In this document: positions 59,290 through 64,000 of the stretch, piece after piece
Layout: each line of letters opens with the position of its first letter
Position numbering within the stretch: the first letter of the stretch is position 1
Position numbers and translations under genes: made by a program
Notes under the pieces: model-generated
What the model was told of the DNA's origin: nothing
The model's input: only the letters and a program-made list of their open reading frames with translations
Database searches by the model: none
Assembly (NCBI GenBank): GCA_050259595.1
Contig: JBLNAX010000013.1
Coordinates: 11,364-75,363 of the forward strand
Length of the DNA: 64,000 nt
Source of the DNA: Acidobacteriota bacterium
GTDB taxonomy: Bacteria; Bacillota; Syntrophomonadia; Syntrophomonadales; DTU052
Reading direction: 5' to 3'

Positions 59290-59583
59290 GTGCAAAACTT
59301 ATTTGGTAATTATGAAATGGGCAGTAAAATGTTCGAAGATGCCAGCAAGAAAGTATGGGAATCCTATTTGACTGGTATGGAAAAGAGCCTTGAATTCTCC
59401 AAGTCAATGACTAGTGCGTTTATGAATTCATTCGATCAATCGAAAGATGCTCAGAAGACATTCACCAACATGACTAGTGAAGCAATTAAGAACATGACAA
59501 ACATTCAAGCAGGAATTCAAGCTACATACACCGATCTTATGAAACAGGGTTTACAGAGCTACACACTGTTTGCAAACAAGTAA
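59290..59583 (+). CDS. small hypothetical protein, paralog B
   Basis: GTG start after AGAGGAGTGTTATT. MQNLFGNYEMGSKMFEDASKKVWESYLTGMEKSLE... Confidence 0.6.
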   Translation: MQNLFGNYEMGSKMFEDASKKVWESYLTGMEKSLEFSKSMTSAFMNSFDQSKDAQKTFTNMTSEAIKNMTNIQAGIQATYTDLMKQGLQSYTLFANK

Positions 59584-59667
59584 TAATTATTTGGTGTTGG
59601 GCATAAATATACTTGGGGCAGTTGTTAAATCAACTGCTTCTTTGCTTTTCTTGGGCTTCTTGAATAA

Positions 59668-60798
59668 TCAAGAAGCCGCATCTGTATCCTGTTCTAGTGG
59701 GACATAGCCGCGCAAAGCTGATTTGGTAGCGGCTAGAACAATGGTCAAAACGCAAGCCCCTGCCAAGTATGGATAGACAATATCAAATTCGAATAACCAG
59801 CCGCCTGCCACAGGCCCGAATACACGGCCTAAACTGTCTGATGACTGAGTAAGCCCGAGAGTGGCTCCCTGGCCACCACTGGCGACTTTGGTGACGAAGG
59901 CGGAAATGCTAGGCCGCAGCAAAGAATTGCCTACGGTAAAAACCCCGGTGAAAGCTATTATTAGACTCCGGTTAGGAGCTATAAGAAGTAGTAGTAATCC
60001 GATTATGGAGATGACCATGCCGGAAATTATGATCCCCGAATCGCCGATGGCTTTGACCAATCGGCTTATCAAGCCTGCCTGGACCACTGAACCGATAACT
60101 CCCAGGAACGCAAAAAGAAGGCCCATGTCCTTCGGGCCAAATCCCACTCTGTCAGCAGCAAAAAGGGCAAAAGTGCTTTCAAACAGAGCCATGCTGAAAC
60201 TAACTGCGAAGGCTAGAGCGATCAACGGAAAAAGCGGATCATTGATGATAGACAAGTCGAATCGCAGAGACGAACCTGGCTCCAGCTCACTGTGGGCAGG
60301 TAGGGACTCCTTTAGAAGAAAGAAAGCAAAAGGGAGTGTAAGCAGTGCCAGTCCTCCGGCTGCAAAAAAGGGCAGGTGGAAGCCATAGTGACCCAGCCAA
60401 CCGCCCAGTGCTGGACCGAAAACCATGCCTAAGCCCATAGCTGCACCCATCATACCCATACCAGCAGCCCGGTTCTCATGACCGGTGATATCGGCGATAT
60501 ATGCCATTGCAGTGGGCAGGGTGGCGGAAGAGACGGCGCCTGATACAATTCTGATCACAAATAACATCCACAGCTGGGTGGCTACTCCAAACAGAATAAA
60601 GGTCAGTCCATAGCCAGCCAATCCTATCAGAAGTACCGGTCGGCGGCCAATGCGGTCAGAAACACGACCCCAGATGGGGGCGAAGATGAACTGCATAATG
60701 GAATATGTGGCCATTAAAAATCCCAGCGATGTAGGGGTGCCTTTCAGCTTAATAACCAAAAAGGGCATAACCGGGATCATTATGCCAAAACCCACCAT
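59668..60798 (-). CDS. MFS transporter
   Basis: 12-TM-like hydropathy with MFS motifs (GRVSDRIGRRPVLL). The N-terminus may extend upstream with a non-ATG start. Confidence 0.75.
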   Translation of the reverse strand: MVGFGIMIPVMPFLVIKLKGTPTSLGFLMATYSIMQFIFAPIWGRVSDRIGRRPVLLIGLAGYGLTFILFGVATQLWMLFVIRIVSGAVSSATLPTAMAYIADITGHENRAAGMGMMGAAMGLGMVFGPALGGWLGHYGFHLPFFAAGGLALLTLPFAFFLLKESLPAHSELEPGSSLRFDLSIINDPLFPLIALAFAVSFSMALFESTFALFAADRVGFGPKDMGLLFAFLGVIGSVVQAGLISRLVKAIGDSGIIISGMVISIIGLLLLLIAPNRSLIIAFTGVFTVGNSLLRPSISAFVTKVASGGQGATLGLTQSSDSLGRVFGPVAGGWLFEFDIVYPYLAGACVLTIVLAATKSALRGYVPLEQDTDAAS

Positions 60799-60963
60799 TA
60801 CCAGGAATAGTGTGATAAATAATACGGTTACTTCGCTGCGATGTTCCTGTAGTGACGTTGCTGTTCAACTCGCTTTCCTGGCATTGCTTATCATCATGTG
60901 AACTATATTCTAAACGTTGTCGATGAAGCTTGCCACTAGTAAACGGCAAAAATATGCAAAGAG

Positions 60964-61836
60964 TTAGTCGGCTCGTGAGTAAACCAGCCCTGCAATACTG
61001 CCAAAAAGGAAGTTGGAAAGCATTATTTCGATAAAAAGGGCGGTTCGAACCGCACCCGGCATATAGGGGTTAGGAATGAGCAGGTTGGCTGCATACAGTA
61101 CGCTCAAAAGTAGGGCGACACCGATGATAGTGACCCATCGCTCACCTCTGATCATAAAACTGGCCAGAAGTGCCAGGCTGCTCCAAAAGAATCCGCGCAG
61201 TATCTGGAACGGGAACAACCAGGGGTTATGGCTTATGGTGTTGATCATATGCGGCATAAAAGCTTGTAGGTCGCTGCTTGAAGAATAAAAATGCCTAACG
61301 GCCGGGTACTGCCAGGCTATTAAATAGCCGAACACAAAGTAGAAGACTGTATATATCAATGACAATCCCAGCATTTCGAACAGGAAGTTATAGCGCGGGT
61401 TCTCTATATGAAACGAGAACTCGCTGGGAAATGTGCGGCGTCGGAGCTTGTCGGTCAGGAATGCTGCGAATGGGGAGAATATGGCTGCGCTGATGGCGCC
61501 AGCGGTGAAATAGCCAAAAATATACGATTGCGGTATACTAAGCGCCGCATTGAAAAATATTGCTTCAAGCTGTGCCATGACGGTTTGGATACCAAAAATC
61601 AAGATGAAAAGTGTAAATATTACTTTGACTCCATGCCACCCAGTATTGATCAACGCCAAGTAGATCACCGAAGAATTCAGGAAACAGGCCAGTATAGTAA
61701 ACCACGCATTCGAAGTATTAGCACTACTGGTCGGCTGTACGCCGGCCAGCCAGGCAGCTATGGCCATGCTGGCAAACATCATAGCGGTTAGGATCAATAT
61801 CTTAAGAAACACCATGGCTGCTGGCTTAGCTCTCAT
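60964..61836 (-). CDS. polytopic membrane protein, hypothetical
   Basis: 290 aa, about 8 TM, aromatic-rich. Preceded by a ~370-nt leader. Confidence 0.5.
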   Translation of the reverse strand: MRAKPAAMVFLKILILTAMMFASMAIAAWLAGVQPTSSANTSNAWFTILACFLNSSVIYLALINTGWHGVKVIFTLFILIFGIQTVMAQLEAIFFNAALSIPQSYIFGYFTAGAISAAIFSPFAAFLTDKLRRRTFPSEFSFHIENPRYNFLFEMLGLSLIYTVFYFVFGYLIAWQYPAVRHFYSSSSDLQAFMPHMINTISHNPWLFPFQILRGFFWSSLALLASFMIRGERWVTIIGVALLLSVLYAANLLIPNPYMPGAVRTALFIEIMLSNFLFGSIAGLVYSRAD

Positions 61837-62209
61837 GGGTAGACCCCCTCCAGAAGAATGTCGGCTCTATTAAGTATTTGCATCTACCGCTGGTTTTACT
61901 AACTAAATGCGGTGGCCGAATTCCCCTGGGATGCCGCATTTTGAGTTTTCATGGCCTGAAGGCTACCTGACATACATTGATTCGATCGACCCCATTAGGT
62001 CCTTTCCAGATCCCAGCAAACTGCAGTGTAGTCCCTATCCGGGCATTCGCCGAGAAATCAGATCGAGTCCCCTGGCCAGCATTTATCCGCCTACTAATCG
62101 TTCCGTTGGCTGTTTGGGCCATTATACTCACCCCTTTTTATAGTCAGTATTATCCTGGCAATTAGAATATGAGCCGGTTTGGGTCGAGGTGAGTATAACA
62201 GCTTGTTTT

Positions 62210-63292
62210 CTAACGGTTGAACTTGGTTCTGATGGTCGTCCAGTAGTTGGCATCTTCCAGCCCCAGTCTCCAAATCCCGATCCCGCCGAGACCCTGGGCA
62301 TTTACCAGGTTGAGTTTGAAGGCCAGGCTGTATGAGTTTTCGAACCAAACTGTGTGTTTTACCCCATTATCATCCCAGTAGAGGAAATATGGAGTCTGAG
62401 ACGCATCATCCCATATAATGGTGGCCCCGCGTTCTTTGGCAATATCCATGCATTTTTGTATTGAGTAAGCCCGGGTGCCTTTGCTGGACCAGTCATAGCC
62501 GTAGGCGGCCACACCCAGTAGGATTTTTTGTTTCGGTACTACAGTTGATGCGTACTTTACTACGTTAGTTACCCAGCCAATGGAGGCAATGGCTCCAGGA
62601 GAGCCGCCTGGGTAGTGTTCATCATAAGTCATTAGCATCAGTTGATCGACATTAGGCGCAATGGCTGCATAATCGAAGGCTCCGCTCCAGCCCTCGGTGC
62701 GATAATCCCAGGTCTTGGCTGGGACTGAGGCTGTAACCGTATAGCCCAGAGGTTTTAGAGCTGAATATACTTCCTTAATAAAGGTTGTGTAATAACTCCG
62801 GTCCCAATAATAAACGCCTTCGAGGTCGATATTTACACCGCGATAGTAATTGCTCTTTAATATGTACTTAAGGTTTTGAATGCAGTTGTTCCGGTTGCTC
62901 CAGCTTCTGAGCAGGGTGGTGGCAACGTCCCCGTCAAATTCGTTGCCGATCATGAGCAGCGGTTTGATGCCATTATTATTGGCATAAGAAATCTGCTGAG
63001 TAGGAATCAATCCTGAGATGTTGCCCCAGCTGTCCACCACATGAGTGGCAGTAGCTATTTCAGTCAGCGAGCGGGTGTTATTGACCATTGAGTCGTATGA
63101 TCCCTTGTCGCCATTATAGTAATATGTAGTGAATCCCAGCACCTGTTTGGCAGGTGTTGTGACTGTTTGATTCACTGGATTGGCTGCAGCATCTGTAGTA
63201 ACTGCGGCTGCGGCGGGCGAAGTGGGGCCCATGAGAATGGCCAGAATCAAGAATGCTGCTGTGATTAATGAGATGAATCTTCTGTTTTTCAT
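62210..63292 (-). CDS. secreted glycoside hydrolase family 18-like protein (chitinase/spore-cortex-hydrolase-like)
   Basis: Signal peptide. GVNIDLEGV resembles the GH18 DxDxE catalytic motif. TIM-barrel-like length. Confidence 0.6.
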   Translation of the reverse strand: MKNRRFISLITAAFLILAILMGPTSPAAAAVTTDAAANPVNQTVTTPAKQVLGFTTYYYNGDKGSYDSMVNNTRSLTEIATATHVVDSWGNISGLIPTQQISYANNNGIKPLLMIGNEFDGDVATTLLRSWSNRNNCIQNLKYILKSNYYRGVNIDLEGVYYWDRSYYTTFIKEVYSALKPLGYTVTASVPAKTWDYRTEGWSGAFDYAAIAPNVDQLMLMTYDEHYPGGSPGAIASIGWVTNVVKYASTVVPKQKILLGVAAYGYDWSSKGTRAYSIQKCMDIAKERGATIIWDDASQTPYFLYWDDNGVKHTVWFENSYSLAFKLNLVNAQGLGGIGIWRLGLEDANYWTTIRTKFNR

Positions 63293-63546
63293 TTCTTGTC
63301 CTCCTTTAGTTCTGTGAAGTCTGAATGGTGACCTTTAATACATCGGTGGAAATGGGGGTGGTTGTAAAAGCCCCAAAACAGGCGTTATCCGGCTGTGGCT
63401 GTGCGGACATGTCCCATGGTGAAACAGTTGTACTAAGTAGGGTAAGAAATGCACCCATTTCAGGGCTTTTTCATAGTGTGGTAATGTACGGGGCGTATGC
63501 TTCTATTCCCCATTTACAAATAAAACGGATATGGGAAGGTGTCACG

Positions 63547-63999
63547 ATGGCGGGGGAACGTTGGATAGAAGAAATGGTCGAAATGCAGACCAGGGTTACA
63601 GAGTTAGCAAATAGTCGTCCCAATATAACCCTGGAAATACTCATGCATCTGGTCAAAATGTGGGGCCAGCGGCGTGGTGATATGAGGCTCGATATCGCCA
63701 ACATAGTAACTGGGGTCTGGAATCTTATCCAGAAGCAGCGAACGGACCAGCCGGCGGCTTTATCTGCTAGCCATGAGCCGCTCTTTGATATTACCGAGAC
63801 TGATAATGAAATAGGGATTTCCACATTTATGCCGGGGATTCTTGATAAACAAGATCTTTCGGTAAAGATCGACGGGGATGAACTTCACGTGGTCGGTAAA
63901 AGTGCTATCATTCCCGGAGCAGACGGGCCTGGCCAGTACATTCGTAATGTGCGGCTGCCCGGAGCTGTGGCTCCGCACGGAGCAACCGCTTCGTACGAC
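63547..63999 (+). CDS. Hsp20/alpha-crystallin-family protein, 3' end beyond window
   Basis: ATG after GGGAAGGTG. FDITETDNEIGISTFMPGILDKQDLSVKIDGDELHVVGK matches the alpha-crystallin domain. No stop before the window end. The minus-strand ORF 63471-63824 is therefore spurious. Confidence 0.65.
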   Translation, partial: MAGERWIEEMVEMQTRVTELANSRPNITLEILMHLVKMWGQRRGDMRLDIANIVTGVWNLIQKQRTDQPAALSASHEPLFDITETDNEIGISTFMPGILDKQDLSVKIDGDELHVVGKSAIIPGADGPGQYIRNVRLPGAVAPHGATASYD

Positions 64000-64000
64000 A

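Noticed and set aside
61949-62348. Small minus-strand ORFs (60 and 84 aa) in the GH18/membrane-protein intergenic leader
   Set aside because: No RBS and low-complexity composition. The second overlaps the GH18 gene end. The region is more plausibly a structured leader.
63471-63824. 117-aa minus-strand ORF
   Set aside because: The plus strand encodes an Hsp20/alpha-crystallin protein across the same interval, with an RBS and recognisable domain. The minus ORF is an antisense artefact.

Overview
This window is a Firmicutes (Clostridia-like) chromosomal segment with origin-proximal synteny: rpsR, a YybS-like gene, rplI and purA, without dnaB or gdpP. It carries four tRNA genes. It has core genes (murA, htrA-like protease, rlmH, asnS), three methyl-accepting chemotaxis proteins, an orphan PAS histidine kinase and split chrA genes. 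There are two lipid-related clusters: one of lipase, acyl-CoA ligase and a repeat-bearing flotillin, and one of DagK-like, PlsC-like and MaoC-like genes. Small regulators (TetR, PadR, GNAT, FosB-like) and many secreted or surface proteins are also present. The most notable feature is an unannotated 45-codon Cys-rich ORF at 5601-5738, directly behind a tRNA-Asp/Phe/Gly cluster. It has the hallmarks of a SCIFF ('six cysteines in forty-five residues') RiPP precursor. The matching SPASM radical-SAM maturase lies about 6 kb downstream at 11869-13260. The two are separated by a structured tandem repeat, a terminator and a tandem pair of unusual double-module MCP genes. Other points of interest are an in-frame TAG separating two ChrA halves, a frameshifted MFS transporter, a low-GC islet with a gene fragment after rlmH, repeat-rich secreted proteins, a perfect 34-bp TetR-type operator palindrome, direct repeats upstream of the lipase gene and a pair of paralogous small proteins. 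All calls are made by eye from translated sequence, and no database searches were run.
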